From positions 19,152 through 83,151 of the forward strand of contig JAZLBT010000017.1 in NCBI GenBank assembly GCA_045613865.1: DNA of 64,000 bases, in the 5' to 3' direction. The notes below the pieces were generated by a model. It saw only the letters and a list, made by a program, of their open reading frames with translations. It was not told the origin of the DNA and searched no databases. Made by a program: the position numbers and the translations under genes. Source of the DNA: Candidatus Spyradenecus sp. (GTDB lineage Bacteria > Verrucomicrobiota > Kiritimatiellia > RFP12 > DVOR01). Positions 18,303 through 28,347 of the stretch are shown here, piece after piece. The stretch's first letter is position 1, and every line of letters starts with the position of its first letter.

Positions 18303-19220
18303 TTAACCAATCTTGATATCAGCCTTTTCGCGCAAATCAGCAACATAATTCGAAACCGCTTGTCCACGCGTCGAGTGGAAGAGAAGATTCTGCACCTGAT
18401 CGTGGATTTCTTCCAACGTGGGGGTGTAACCCTGCTTCTCATCTGTCTTAATGATGATGTGATAACCAAACTGCGTTTCAAGAATTTCCGAAACAACATT
18501 CTTCTCGCAAGAGAAAGCAACATCTTCAAAGGGCTTAACCATCATCCCCTTGCCGAACCAACCCAACGAACCACCGTTGGACTTACCACTCGGGCAATCA
18601 GAATGCGCTGTAGCTTCAGCATCAAACGTTGAAGCACCAGAAACAATGCGTTCGCGAATTTCAGCCAACTTTGCCTTCGCCGCTTCCTTACCTTCAGCCG
18701 TGTCATTATTAGGCTTAATGAGAATATGCTGAGCAAGCACCTGATCTTCCGTCTTATAATCATCCTTATGGAGATTGTAGAACTCAGTAATCTCCTCTTC
18801 CGTCGGAGCTGCAACAGAAGCGCAAATCTGGTCAATCAACTTATTAATCTGTGCGCCTTGACGAAGTTCTTCCTTGAAAGATTCAACCGTCATATTTTGA
18901 GCTTCAATCGCCTTGATAAGCTTATCCTTATCGCCACCGAACTGATTGATATAAGTTTCAAACTGAGCATCCAACTCCTCGCCAGAGATTGCAATCTGAA
19001 GACGCTTCGTTTCGTCAATCAATAACTTCGTGCCAATGGCCTGTTCTAAAGCGCGCTGCTGCAAAGTTTCAAGCTGCATGTGAAGTTGAGCTTCAGGCAT
19101 ACCCTGCTGCTGATAAAAATGAATCAAACGCTGCAATTCAAAATCAACCGCCTGCTGAGGAATAGGATCACCATTAACGGTCGCAATAATTTTTTCTTCT
19201 GCCATAACGATACCTTTCAT
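18303..19220 (-). CDS. Peptidyl-prolyl cis-trans isomerase, parvulin (PpiC) type, SurA/PrsA-like
   Basis: Start placed at MKGIVMAEEK within the longer ORF. The C-terminal parvulin domain contains HILIK and GGSLGWFGKGMMVKPFEDVAF. Confidence 0.8.
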   Translation of the reverse strand: MKGIVMAEEKIIATVNGDPIPQQAVDFELQRLIHFYQQQGMPEAQLHMQLETLQQRALEQAIGTKLLIDETKRLQIAISGEELDAQFETYINQFGGDKDKLIKAIEAQNMTVESFKEELRQGAQINKLIDQICASVAAPTEEEITEFYNLHKDDYKTEDQVLAQHILIKPNNDTAEGKEAAKAKLAEIRERIVSGASTFDAEATAHSDCPSGKSNGGSLGWFGKGMMVKPFEDVAFSCEKNVVSEILETQFGYHIIIKTDEKQGYTPTLEEIHDQVQNLLFHSTRGQAVSNYVADLREKADIKIG

Positions 19221-19369
19221 ATAACATATAATAAAATAAATGCGCGAAATTATACCATATAAATAATATAAAGACAAGCGCGAATTAAACACCCCAAAAG
19301 GAGTGGACATTGTAAGTCTCCATGAGGGGAATATACCCTTTGATGAAAGGGACAAATTGTACCCTTTTT

Positions 19370-19452
19370 CAAACCCTATTGATTTGCTCGTCAAACCCTA
19401 TTGATTTGACCTTCAAAACCTATTGATTTCAAACGCAAAACAATAGGGTTTG
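19370..19452. repeat. Array of 4 copies of a 17-nt motif with 22-bp period (3 x CAAACCCTATTGATTTG, then 1 inverted CAAAACAATAGGGTTTG)
   Basis: Read directly. Lies in the 625-bp divergent intergenic region between the PPIase (-) and S8 protease (+) genes. The same motif recurs at 56.7 kb in the opposite orientation. Confidence 0.85.
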
Positions 19453-19518
19453 AAAAACACCCCAAATTCCTCCCATTTCCCAAAGAATTTCGAAGGATTT
19501 GATTTCACTTTTTCAATC

Positions 19519-19594
19519 AATCGTACGATTTCCTAAAATTCTTTAAAATCATTTAGGCAAGCCAAAAAATGTGCCAAGCAAAATATCGTACGAT
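19519..19594. promoter_or_regulatory. Two copies of the palindrome AATCGTACGATT / ATCGTACGAT, candidate operator sites
   Basis: Perfect palindromes at about 19519-19530 and 19585-19594. A degenerate third copy (TAGTACGAAT) lies near 19643. Confidence 0.4.
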
Positions 19595-19966
19595 TTTATT
19601 CATCGGCCAAATAGTTTCCCAAAATATATTTTAAAGAACAAAATAGTACGAATTATACTGTTTTTAAGACATATTTTTACCAGCACAATGTTTTCAAAAT
19701 TAGTTATTCATTTGCAAGAGTTTGCGGTCGGCACAATAGCATACGGCAATATTGAAGGATTTGAGTATTTGATGCGTTGACATCATTTTGATGCCTATCA
19801 GTGTCCAAAAAAGTGGCGATTTGTTTTTTGGGGGATTATTGAGGATGAGGAGTGTTAAGTTGATATTTTGTCATAAAAACAAATTTACTGCGACACAGTC
19901 TTACCTTTTGGGGTGAAATCGGGAAATATAGTCGTGTTTTTATGTTAAAATCCTCTTGGATTTTGT

Positions 19967-19995
19967 TTGAAATGGGGTGGGGGATGTGTTATAGT
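19967..19995 (+). promoter_or_regulatory. Sigma70-type promoter for the S8 peptidase gene
   Basis: TTGAAA, 17-nt spacer, TATAGT. The GGAGGG ribosome-binding site and ATG follow about 25 nt downstream. Confidence 0.5.
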
Positions 19996-20020
19996 GTTTT
20001 AATCTTGTAGAAGGAGGGTC

Positions 20021-22387
20021 ATGTTCGGACGACGAGGGTTATTTTTCTGTGGTTTAGTGGTGGCAGCGATGGGTGTTGTCATCGGGTGGGGTGTTGTTTT
20101 TTCTTCGTCGCGTCGAGTAGTTTATTGTGCGCCAAAGGTGGTGGAGGGGAATGTATATGATCGTTTGGCGGAGTCGGACGAGGGGGTAAAGGTAGCATTG
20201 GCAGGGTGCCGACCGTTTGTGGAGGAGGTGTCAAAGGTGGCAGTGTTGTCGCGGAATCGTTTGGTGGCGCGGTGTGTGGTGGCAGCGCCAGAGGAGGCGG
20301 TTGAGGTCGCGGTTTTTTGTAAGGATTTAGAGGCTGTTGCGCAGGTGTTGTCGGGGTTGCCGATGTTGGTGGCTTCGGCGCAGGAGCCGTTGGTATTAAA
20401 GGGGCGTGTGGAATGTGGGATGTTGTTGCCGTTTTTGCAGCAGCCACCAAAGGGAGTGTTGGGGATTGAGGAGCAGGGAACGTTGCGTCTTTATAATGCG
20501 GTGGCCTCGGGGCCGCGTTTTGTTGGAACGGCATCACATGTGTTGCCGTCGATGCAGGGGTTGGGGAGTTTTGGATTGGATGGCTCAGGCGAGATTGTCG
20601 CGGTGATTGATACGGGGATTTGTTCGGGGGTATTTGAACAAGATTTTCATGTTGATTTGAAGGCGGGGCTTTATGGGATGGTGGCGGAGCCTTCGTCGAG
20701 TAGGGATGTGCCGGTGGATTTGGATGGGCATGGCACGCATGTTTGTGGGTCGATTATTTCGCGAGGATCGCAGTATGCGCAGACGCGTGGGGGTGCACAG
20801 GGCGCACGGTTGTATATGCAGGGGATTGGCGCGGGTTATGCTGGTGGGATAGATTTGCTCTCGGAGGTGAATGTTCATTTTGAGCGAAGTGCATTGATGG
20901 GGGCAAAGATTGTTTCAAATTCATGGGGGAATAATGTTCCAGGGAAGATGTATAGCTCTGGAGGCTATACAGTATATACTTCGCGATTGGATCAGTTTGT
21001 ATGGAATAATCCTGAGATGCTTGTGTTGTTTGCCACGGGAAATGATGGTAAGGATAATAATGGGGATGGTTTAGCGGATGCAAAGACGGTCATCAGTGCT
21101 GAGAATTATGCAAAGAATGTGTTAATTGTAGGGGCACAAGAGTCTTTTAGCACAACGTCAACGGCGACGTATGGAATGGGTTTTTCTTCGCATCAACAGA
21201 TTTATTCGGATTTGATGGCGTATCCGTATGATGGGGTACATGATGGGATGGCGGCGTTTTCTTCGCAAGGCCCACTTGTGGATGGACGTGTGTCACCGAT
21301 GATTGTTGCACCAGGGACGGAGATTGCCTCAACGTATTATGATTATGATACTTCGTATCTCGGAACGGCATTAAGCTCTGGAACATCGATGTCAACGCCT
21401 TTGGTGGCTGCGGCCGCGACGGTGTTGCGTCAGTATTTGCGAGAATATCATGCGCTTTCACGGCCAACGGCGGCATTGTTGCGTGCGGGGTTGGTGCTTT
21501 GTTCGGATTCGCTTTATCCAGGACAGTATGTGGGCGAGATACCGCAGGTGTCGCCAAACAGTGTTGAAGGGTGGGGTGCGCTTCACCTTGGGAAGCATTT
21601 GGCGGGGATTGATCGTGATGGAACGACGCAGATGCCAATGACTTTTGGGTTTAAGGATCGAATTGTGTTGGAGACGGCGGGCGCATCAACGTCGTTTACT
21701 TTCACAACGGATGAGGTTGGCGAAGTGCGAGTGGTGCTTTCGTGGATTGATTATCCGGATGTGGATGCTGCTTCTCAACCGCTCGTGAATGATTATAATC
21801 TCTCGGTTACGGATCCAACAGGGGTGGAGTATACGCTTGAGGATCATTTGAATCCAATTGAGCGTATTATTATAAAGGAAGGTGTTGTTGGCACGTATAC
21901 GGTGAAGGTAAGTGCGAGTAAGATTGGTCAGACGGGAACGGGAAATCTTGCTGCGCTTGCATGGTCGGCAAAGACGGCAGAGGCACCGATTGTGTTTCAG
22001 GCGCCTGTTGTTGCAACGAATACGGCGACGCTTGAGGTCCGGTTGCCGGAGGGGGCCGTGGCATATAAGGATTATCCTGTTTGGCCAGCGCCAGGGCAAC
22101 ATCTTTTTGGGGTTGGGAAGAAGATTGCCCCGATGGCAGGCCCGAAGCTTGGTTATTCGGCGTACACGAAGCATATTGTGACGCCTTTAGCGGGGTGGAT
22201 TTTATTTGATGCAAAAGGGCGACCGGTGCGGCAGCACTTTTCACAACGAGAGATGGTCACGCTTGCCTCTGGTGGTACGTTGGAAGGCGCGATTCTTCCT
22301 CCTGAAAAACCGCTTCTTCTTGAGCAAGGGTGGTACACGTTGCAGTGGTATACAACCTTTCCTGGGTATGGATTACAATTGGAATAA
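20021..22387 (+). CDS. Secreted subtilisin-like serine peptidase (S8 family) with long N-terminal region
   Basis: 788 aa. Asp/His/Ser triad motifs VIDTGI, HGTHVCGS, GTSMSTP. N-terminal signal/transmembrane segment, then about 150 aa that are rich in Val, Ala and Gly before the catalytic domain. Confidence 0.85.
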   Translation: MFGRRGLFFCGLVVAAMGVVIGWGVVFSSSRRVVYCAPKVVEGNVYDRLAESDEGVKVALAGCRPFVEEVSKVAVLSRNRLVARCVVAAPEEAVEVAVFCKDLEAVAQVLSGLPMLVASAQEPLVLKGRVECGMLLPFLQQPPKGVLGIEEQGTLRLYNAVASGPRFVGTASHVLPSMQGLGSFGLDGSGEIVAVIDTGICSGVFEQDFHVDLKAGLYGMVAEPSSSRDVPVDLDGHGTHVCGSIISRGSQYAQTRGGAQGARLYMQGIGAGYAGGIDLLSEVNVHFERSALMGAKIVSNSWGNNVPGKMYSSGGYTVYTSRLDQFVWNNPEMLVLFATGNDGKDNNGDGLADAKTVISAENYAKNVLIVGAQESFSTTSTATYGMGFSSHQQIYSDLMAYPYDGVHDGMAAFSSQGPLVDGRVSPMIVAPGTEIASTYYDYDTSYLGTALSSGTSMSTPLVAAAATVLRQYLREYHALSRPTAALLRAGLVLCSDSLYPGQYVGEIPQVSPNSVEGWGALHLGKHLAGIDRDGTTQMPMTFGFKDRIVLETAGASTSFTFTTDEVGEVRVVLSWIDYPDVDAASQPLVNDYNLSVTDPTGVEYTLEDHLNPIERIIIKEGVVGTYTVKVSASKIGQTGTGNLAALAWSAKTAEAPIVFQAPVVATNTATLEVRLPEGAVAYKDYPVWPAPGQHLFGVGKKIAPMAGPKLGYSAYTKHIVTPLAGWILFDAKGRPVRQHFSQREMVTLASGGTLEGAILPPEKPLLLEQGWYTLQWYTTFPGYGLQLE

Positions 22388-22494
22388 ATGCGCGTGAGGC
22401 AAATTTCACCATTGAAAAAGCGTCTTTAAAACATCTTTAAAGTCTTCAAAAAGAGTGTTTTATGCAGTTTTTTTCAAAAAAGGTTAATTTTTAC

Positions 22495-22523
22495 TTGCAT
22501 ATTTTTTTTGGCTTTGGCATAAT
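22495..22523 (+). promoter_or_regulatory. Sigma70-type promoter of the rpsP-trmD-rplS operon
   Basis: TTGCAT, 17-nt spacer, CATAAT. About 90 nt upstream of the rpsP start. Confidence 0.55.
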
Positions 22524-22611
22524 ATTGGTCTCTTTCACTTGAGTAGTGTAAGATTTTGGAATATTACGACCTGCGCTGGTAGCTGATGCGTGGGTTATGG
22601 AGACTGATAAA

Positions 22612-22863
22612 ATGGTCAAGATTAGATTGCGTAAAACCGGCTGCAACCGTGTGGCCACGTTTCGTGTGGTCGCTTGCGATGCTCGCAGCCCGCGCGATGG
22701 TAAGTTCCTTGAAATTCTCGGCTGGTACGATCCCCGCAAGGTCGAGCTCAAGGATAAGTGCGGACTCAATCTCGAGCGCATCGCCTATTGGAAGGGCCAA
22801 GGCGCCCAGGTTTCTGATACCGTTGCTTCTCTCGTGAAGCAGGTTCAGAAGGCACAGGCCTAA
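22612..22863 (+). CDS. rpsP: 30S ribosomal protein S16
   Basis: MVKIRLRKTGCNRVATFRVVACDARSPRDGKFLEILGWYDP. GGAGA ribosome-binding site. Confidence 0.95.
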   Translation: MVKIRLRKTGCNRVATFRVVACDARSPRDGKFLEILGWYDPRKVELKDKCGLNLERIAYWKGQGAQVSDTVASLVKQVQKAQA

Positions 22864-22877
22864 GGTAGAGGTGTACG

Positions 22878-23558
22878 GTGCCCCTGCGCATCGACGTGCT
22901 CACGATCTTCCCTGGCATGCTGCAAGGCTTTGTCAGCGAAAGTATCTTACGCCGAGCGATTGCCATGGGCGCTGTAGACATTCACGCGGTTGATTTGCGC
23001 GATTTTGCGCATGACGCCCGTGGGACACTTGATGATAAACCTTACGGTGGTGGCGCCGGCATGTTGATGAAGCCGGAACCTCTCTTCGAAGCAATCGAGA
23101 GTTTACGTCAGCCGAATACAAAGGTTATCGTTATGTCCCCTCAAGGACAGCCCTTTCGCCAAGAAACGGCGAAACGTTTGGCAGGAGAAGAGCATCTCCT
23201 TTTCGTTTGTGGCCACTATGAAGGCATTGACGAACGTGTTCTTGAGTCACATGCAGATGAGTTGCTGAGTATTGGCGATTACGTCCTTACGAATGGCGCA
23301 CTTCCTGCAGCTGTCATTATTGATAGCGTCACCCGACTCCTTCCTGGAGTGCTTGGTGGAGGCGCAGAAGCAACCGCAAAGGAATCCTTCTCAAACGGAC
23401 TCCTTGAACAGGCCCAATACACACGCCCACCCGTTTATCGCGGAAAAGGCGTACCCGAGGTCCTCCTCAATGGCGACCATGCTCGAATGGAACAGTGGCG
23501 CCAAAACCAGATGATTGATCGAACAGCTCGTCATCGCCCCGATTTGATACAGCATTAA
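22878..23558 (+). CDS. trmD: tRNA (guanine37-N1)-methyltransferase
   Basis: 226 aa. LRIDVLTIFP N-terminus and SPOUT knot motifs. Follows rpsP directly; no rimM lies between them. Confidence 0.93.
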   Translation: MPLRIDVLTIFPGMLQGFVSESILRRAIAMGAVDIHAVDLRDFAHDARGTLDDKPYGGGAGMLMKPEPLFEAIESLRQPNTKVIVMSPQGQPFRQETAKRLAGEEHLLFVCGHYEGIDERVLESHADELLSIGDYVLTNGALPAAVIIDSVTRLLPGVLGGGAEATAKESFSNGLLEQAQYTRPPVYRGKGVPEVLLNGDHARMEQWRQNQMIDRTARHRPDLIQH

Positions 23559-23570
23559 GGAAATACTACA

Positions 23571-23924
23571 ATGATCGCGAAAGCTCTTGAAAAAGTTAAC
23601 GCCATGACGGCAGAGCAAAACCCCAAGAAGCGCCCCGACCTCAAGGTTGGTGACATCGTGCGCGTCTCTGTCAAGATTAAAGAAGGCGACAAGGAACGCG
23701 TCCAGGTTTTCGCTGGCGATGTTATCGCCCGCGATGGCAAGGGCATCACTGAAACCTTCACCGTTCGCCGCATTTCGTTCGGTATCGGTGTTGAGAAGGT
23801 TTTCCCCTTCGCTTCCCCCGCTATCCAGAGCATTGAAGTGACTGGCCACGCTAAGGTTCGTCGCGCTAAGCTCTACTATCTCCGTAGCCGTACCGGTAAG
23901 GCTGCTCGCCTCCGCGCACTCTAA
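23571..23924 (+). CDS. rplS: 50S ribosomal protein L19
   Basis: 117 aa. [32 protein letters not shown] is canonical L19. Confidence 0.96.
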   Translation: MIAKALEKVNAMTAEQNPKKRPDLKVGDIVRVSVKIKEGDKERVQVFAGDVIARDGKGITETFTVRRISFGIGVEKVFPFASPAIQSIEVTGHAKVRRAKLYYLRSRTGKAARLRAL

Positions 23925-23972
23925 TTGTGCGCGCTTTAACGAGCGCTTCATCAGCTACAGACAAATGCCAAT

Positions 23973-24009
23973 CCAAGGGACAACACGTCCTTTGGTTTGG
24001 CTTTTTTTG
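23973..24009 (+). terminator. Rho-independent terminator after rplS
   Basis: CCAAGGGAC / GTCCTTTGG stem with one wobble pair and loop AACAC, followed by TTTGGCTTTTTTTG. Confidence 0.6.
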
Positions 24010-24210
24010 TTGTTCTTATGCAAAGATGGCAAAGGGATTGTGGTGTGATGAAAGGACTGATAACGCTCGTTTTATTTGTATGTAGTAGAGAAAAGAGTGT
24101 GTTTGTTATGTTTTTCAGTGTGTTTTAAGGTGTGCTAGTGGGGGAGAAATGATGTTCCCATTGATTTATCATTGCGGGTAGAGGTTGGTGTTATTGCTTG
24201 TTAGGTGTGG

Positions 24211-24256
24211 GATAGAAAAGAATAGGCATACCGCTGGGGTATGCCTATCTGTTTTC
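24211..24256 (-). terminator. Terminator hairpin downstream of clpB
   Basis: Perfect 9-bp inverted repeat AGGCATACC / GGTATGCCT with loop GCTGG, flanked by T-rich runs on both strands. Confidence 0.6.
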
Positions 24257-24270
24257 TCGTGCGGTGAGCC

Positions 24271-26805
24271 CTAGATATGGATGGTGCTACCGGGTGGATA
24301 TTTGCCTGCAATGATATCGCGGGCAATAGGGGTCTCAAGACGACGTTGGATGACGCGTTTGAGAGGGCGTGCACCAAAGTCGGGATCGTAGCCTTCTTCA
24401 AGAAGTGCATCACGTGTCTCGGGCGCAACCGTTAGGGTGAGATCTTGTTCTGCAAGGCGCTGCTCAAGGTCGTTAAGCTGCAAGTTGATGATGGCTTGCA
24501 AACTCTCCTTGGAGAGGGGCTTGAAGATGAGTGTCTCATCAATACGGTTGAGAAATTCCGGCGGGAAGTGTTGCTTCAAGAGTTGGTCAACGAGGGTGTT
24601 GACATTGTCCTTGGAGTTAGATTCTTCCTTTTCTGCAGCACTAATGAGCGCGGAGCCGAGGTTGGAGGTCATGATGATGATGGCGTTCTTGAAGCTGACA
24701 GTAGTGCCTTTGTTGTCGGTGAGACGACCATCGTCAAAGACTTGCAAGAAGAGTTTGAAGACGTCAGGATGGGCCTTTTCGATTTCATCTAATAGGATGA
24801 CCGAATAAGGCTTGCGGCGGACGGCTTCAGTGAGTTGACCACCTTCTTCATAGCCAACATATCCAGGAGGCGCGCCGACAAGGCGGCTGACGCTGTGTTT
24901 TTCCATGTATTCAGACATGTCGATACGCGTGATGGCATCGCGACTATCAAAGAGCTCTTCTGCAAGGACGCGTGCAAGCTCCGTTTTACCAACGCCAGTC
25001 GGCCCGAGGAAGAGGAATGCGCCAATAGGTTTCTGGCGGTTTTTGATTCCTGCGCGAGCACGTAATACGGCATCAGCAACGGTGTCAACGGCATCGTCTT
25101 GACCAATGACATGGGCTTTGATTTTTGCTGCCATTTCGAGGAGCTTTTCACGTTCGCCTTCGAGAAGTTTGGAGAGGGGGATGCCAGACCAACGACTGAC
25201 GGCTTCTGCGATTTCCTCTGGACCAACAACTTCGCGGACCATTGCTTCAGAGACATTTTTTGAAGAGGCTGCGAGTTGCGCTTCCAATTCAGGGATGGTC
25301 TTATATTGCAATTCACCAGCTTTGTTGTAATCGTAGGCACGTTGGGCTTGTTCCAAAGCGCGACGCGCTTGGTCAAGTTTTTCACGCAAGTTCTTTGAGG
25401 ATTCGTGAGCTTTCTTTTCTTCTTGCCAACGTGCAGTCAAGCTATCTGCTTGAGCCTTTTCGTCAGCGAGTTCTTTGCGTAATTCCTCAAGGCGTTTTTT
25501 CGAGGCGGGATCCTTTTCCTTTGCGAGTGCGGCCTCTTCAATCTCAAGACGCATGACTTTGCGTGCGAGTTCGTCGAGTTCTGCAGGCATGGAGTCCATT
25601 TCTGTTCGAATCGCGGCACAAGCTTCATCAAGTAGGTCGATGGCTTTGTCGGGTAAGAAGCGGTCTTGGACATAGCGATCGGAAAGGACAGCAGCATTAA
25701 CGAGTGCCGTATCAAGGATTGAGACGTTGTGGTGGGCTTCAAATTTTTCTTTGAGGCCACGCAGAATGCTAATAGAGTCTTCTACCGTTGGTGCGGCAAC
25801 GAGAACGGGTTGGAAGCGACGTTCAAGGGCTTTATCCTTTTCCATGTAGAGGCGGTGTTCATTGAGAGTGGTTGCGCCAATACAGTGCAATTCACCGCGT
25901 GCGAGCATGGGTTTTAACATGTTGCCGGCATCGCTTGAACCTTCAGTTTTACCCGCACTTACAATGGTGTGGATTTCATCGATGAAGAGAAGGATGCGAC
26001 CTTCAGAGGCTTTAATTTCTTTGAGGACGGCTTTAAGGCGTTCTTCAAAGTCTCCACGATATTTTGCCCCTGCCATCAATGCAGTCATATCGAGTGCAAA
26101 AATTGTGCGATCTTTCAATCCATCGGGTACGTCACCTCGAACGATACGTTGTGCAAGCCCTTCGACAATGGCGGTTTTACCAACGCCAGGCTCGCCAATG
26201 AGAACAGGGTTGTTTTTGGTTTTTCGTGAGAGGATACGAATAACATCACGGATTTCACTGTCGCGTCCAATGACGGGGTCAAGCTTTCCCTCGCGGGCAA
26301 GTGCGACAAGATCTTGTCCATATTTTTGTAATGCTTCGTAGCTTTCCTCTGGGTTTTCACTTGTAATGCGTTGGTTGCCACGCACGTCTTTGAGCGCTTT
26401 GAGAAGCGTGTTCTCGGAGAGTCCCAGCTCCTTGAGATAGGGGATGATGGAGAGAAATGCCAAGAGTACGTGCTCTACAGAGACATACGCATCACCCATT
26501 TTCTTCGCGCGGTCAAAGGCTTCAACGAGCGCTTTTGAGAGGCGTTCAGAGACATAGACTTTGTTTGCTTCCATTGCGCCAGAGACGCGTGGGAGACGTT
26601 GCATTGCTTCTTCTGTGCGCGCACGAACAAGCTCAACGGAGATTTGGCATTTTTGTAGGAGACTACCTACGAGTCCATGCGGTTGACTTAAGAGCGCCCA
26701 GAGGAGATGCTCGGGTTCAACGGTTTGTTGTTGACGACGAATCCCCTCTTGTTGAGCGAGCGTTAATGCCTCGCGCAATTTTTCAGTCATTTGATTCATA
26801 TCCAT
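24271..26805 (-). CDS. clpB: Chaperone ClpB (AAA+ disaggregase)
   Basis: 844 aa. Two AAA modules ([17 protein letters not shown]) with a coiled-coil middle domain. Strong AAGGAGG ribosome-binding site upstream. Confidence 0.97.
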   Translation of the reverse strand: MDMNQMTEKLREALTLAQQEGIRRQQQTVEPEHLLWALLSQPHGLVGSLLQKCQISVELVRARTEEAMQRLPRVSGAMEANKVYVSERLSKALVEAFDRAKKMGDAYVSVEHVLLAFLSIIPYLKELGLSENTLLKALKDVRGNQRITSENPEESYEALQKYGQDLVALAREGKLDPVIGRDSEIRDVIRILSRKTKNNPVLIGEPGVGKTAIVEGLAQRIVRGDVPDGLKDRTIFALDMTALMAGAKYRGDFEERLKAVLKEIKASEGRILLFIDEIHTIVSAGKTEGSSDAGNMLKPMLARGELHCIGATTLNEHRLYMEKDKALERRFQPVLVAAPTVEDSISILRGLKEKFEAHHNVSILDTALVNAAVLSDRYVQDRFLPDKAIDLLDEACAAIRTEMDSMPAELDELARKVMRLEIEEAALAKEKDPASKKRLEELRKELADEKAQADSLTARWQEEKKAHESSKNLREKLDQARRALEQAQRAYDYNKAGELQYKTIPELEAQLAASSKNVSEAMVREVVGPEEIAEAVSRWSGIPLSKLLEGEREKLLEMAAKIKAHVIGQDDAVDTVADAVLRARAGIKNRQKPIGAFLFLGPTGVGKTELARVLAEELFDSRDAITRIDMSEYMEKHSVSRLVGAPPGYVGYEEGGQLTEAVRRKPYSVILLDEIEKAHPDVFKLFLQVFDDGRLTDNKGTTVSFKNAIIIMTSNLGSALISAAEKEESNSKDNVNTLVDQLLKQHFPPEFLNRIDETLIFKPLSKESLQAIINLQLNDLEQRLAEQDLTLTVAPETRDALLEEGYDPDFGARPLKRVIQRRLETPIARDIIAGKYPPGSTIHI

Positions 26806-26971
26806 ATTTTGTCCTCCTTTTATTTTTTGTAGACACCCTTATAATGCAAACCCTGTGCCAAAAATTAGAGGGCGTTTTAAAATGAGTGTTAAAGGAGGGT
26901 TTATGTCATGCTGACATGGTATTTTTGCCAAGATGGCACACTTTGGAGTGTCGTGTCGCCAGATAAAGGGG

Positions 26972-28345
26972 CTATTTATTGAAGTAGGTCTTGAGGAGTG
27001 TTTTAGCGATAGGAAGCGCAGAGGCTGCACCATAGCCACCATTTTCAACGATAACAGTAATGACGATCGTTGGATTCTTCTTTGGTGCGAAGCAAGTAAA
27101 CCATGCATGGTCTGCTGCGCTTCCATTTTCTGCGGTGCCGGTTTTGCCACAGATGGTGAGTCCTGGAATTTGAATATTGCGTGAGGTGCCTTTTTGCACA
27201 GAAAGGTACATGAGTTCTGTTACATTTTCTGCGGTTGATTTTTTCCAAATACGTTTGGCGGGAGGCGAGAGCGTTTTTTCGAGGTGTGGCGGAACGAAGA
27301 GGCCACCATTTGCGATGGTCGCTGTTAAAGTGGCGATGTGGATGGGAGTGAGGAGTAAGTCGCCCTGTCCAAAGCCGGGGTAGGCAAGCGCGGCCGGTTT
27401 GTTTGCAAGCGAGGGGAGAACGCCTTTCACGGTGCCATAGGAACGATTTTGATGGTATGCTAGGGTGTGTCCGAGATGGAGGTGTTGGCGTTGGAATGCG
27501 GTCCAAAAGGCATCCCATTGACATTCTACTGCCGCTTTTGCAAACCAGATGTTAGAACTTTCTGCAAAGGCGGTTGTGAGTGGAAGAGTTGTGTTTGCTG
27601 CGTGTGTATGGGTGTCGCGAATAGGTTTTGTGTTTTTTGCTGGGCTCCACCCTTGTGCGGGACATGTGCGAGAGGAGGCTTTGTTATTTTCAATTGCGAG
27701 TGCCGCTGTGAAGATTTTAAAGACAGAGCCTGGAGGGTAGAGACCTTGTGTTGCACGATTAAAGAGAGGGCGCTGTGCATTTTTTAGTGCGTGTTTCACA
27801 CCCTTTGGTGAGACGGAAGGAGAGGAGACGAGTGCAAGGATTTCACCCGTGCGTGGATCAAGCGCAACAACAGCTCCACGCCTTCCTTGGAGCGCCTCAT
27901 AAGCGATGTTTTGGAGTTCGCTATCGAGAGTGAGGGTGATATTTTCTGGCGGGGTACGCGTGAAGATGTCTTCTATTTTAGAGGGAAGAACATTTCCAAC
28001 AAGACGTGGGGTGAAGATGTTTTGTAAGCCCGTCATGTTGGTGTGGTTACTATACCCGAGGACATGGAAGGTTGCTGGGGTTGCGGGAAGAAGGGGTTTG
28101 CCATTGCGATCTAAAAGTTGTCCCATGGGACCAAAGGCGCGTCGGTCATAGAACATTCGAAAACGATTGAAGTCCGCATTTGCGCCACCGTGGAGTTGCC
28201 AGAAGGTTTGGTGAATTAAGAGCCCGAGGAAGAGAATCCCGAAGAATAAGCCAAGCCACGATTTCCCCTGTTTGCGCTGAAGGAGGAAGTAGGCAACGCA
28301 AAGAGCAAGTAAGGAGAGAAAGAGGATATGGACGAACATTGCCAT
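26972..28345 (-). CDS. Penicillin-binding protein, transpeptidase domain (short FtsI/PBP2-like)
   Basis: N-terminal transmembrane segment. SxxK (GSVFK), SSN (ESSNIWF) and KTGT motifs. Start refined to MAMFV so that it does not overlap the xerD stop. Confidence 0.85.
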   Translation of the reverse strand: MAMFVHILFLSLLALCVAYFLLQRKQGKSWLGLFFGILFLGLLIHQTFWQLHGGANADFNRFRMFYDRRAFGPMGQLLDRNGKPLLPATPATFHVLGYSNHTNMTGLQNIFTPRLVGNVLPSKIEDIFTRTPPENITLTLDSELQNIAYEALQGRRGAVVALDPRTGEILALVSSPSVSPKGVKHALKNAQRPLFNRATQGLYPPGSVFKIFTAALAIENNKASSRTCPAQGWSPAKNTKPIRDTHTHAANTTLPLTTAFAESSNIWFAKAAVECQWDAFWTAFQRQHLHLGHTLAYHQNRSYGTVKGVLPSLANKPAALAYPGFGQGDLLLTPIHIATLTATIANGGLFVPPHLEKTLSPPAKRIWKKSTAENVTELMYLSVQKGTSRNIQIPGLTICGKTGTAENGSAADHAWFTCFAPKKNPTIVITVIVENGGYGAASALPIAKTLLKTYFNK

Positions 28346-28347
28346 GC

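Noticed and set aside
19370-19452. Chromosomal origin of replication (oriC)
   Set aside because: There are no TTATCCACA-type DnaA boxes and no dnaA, dnaN or gyrB genes nearby. The same motif array recurs 37 kb away, which is not expected for oriC.
19571-19780. 69-aa ORF in the 19.4-20.0 kb intergenic region
   Set aside because: It has no ribosome-binding site, its composition is AT-rich, and it overlaps the predicted promoter and operator elements. It is likely non-coding.
20079-20537. 152-aa proline-rich minus-strand ORF inside the 5' part of the S8 peptidase gene
   Set aside because: It is the reverse-complement artefact of the G-rich coding strand. The plus-strand frame continues into the S8 catalytic domain.
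26806-26971. CIRCE/HrcA operator or sigma-54 -24/-12 element upstream of clpB
   Set aside because: Only a weak GCACACT...AGTGTC inverted repeat is present. There is no TTAGCACTC-N9-GAGTGCTAA and no TGGCAC-N5-TTGC.
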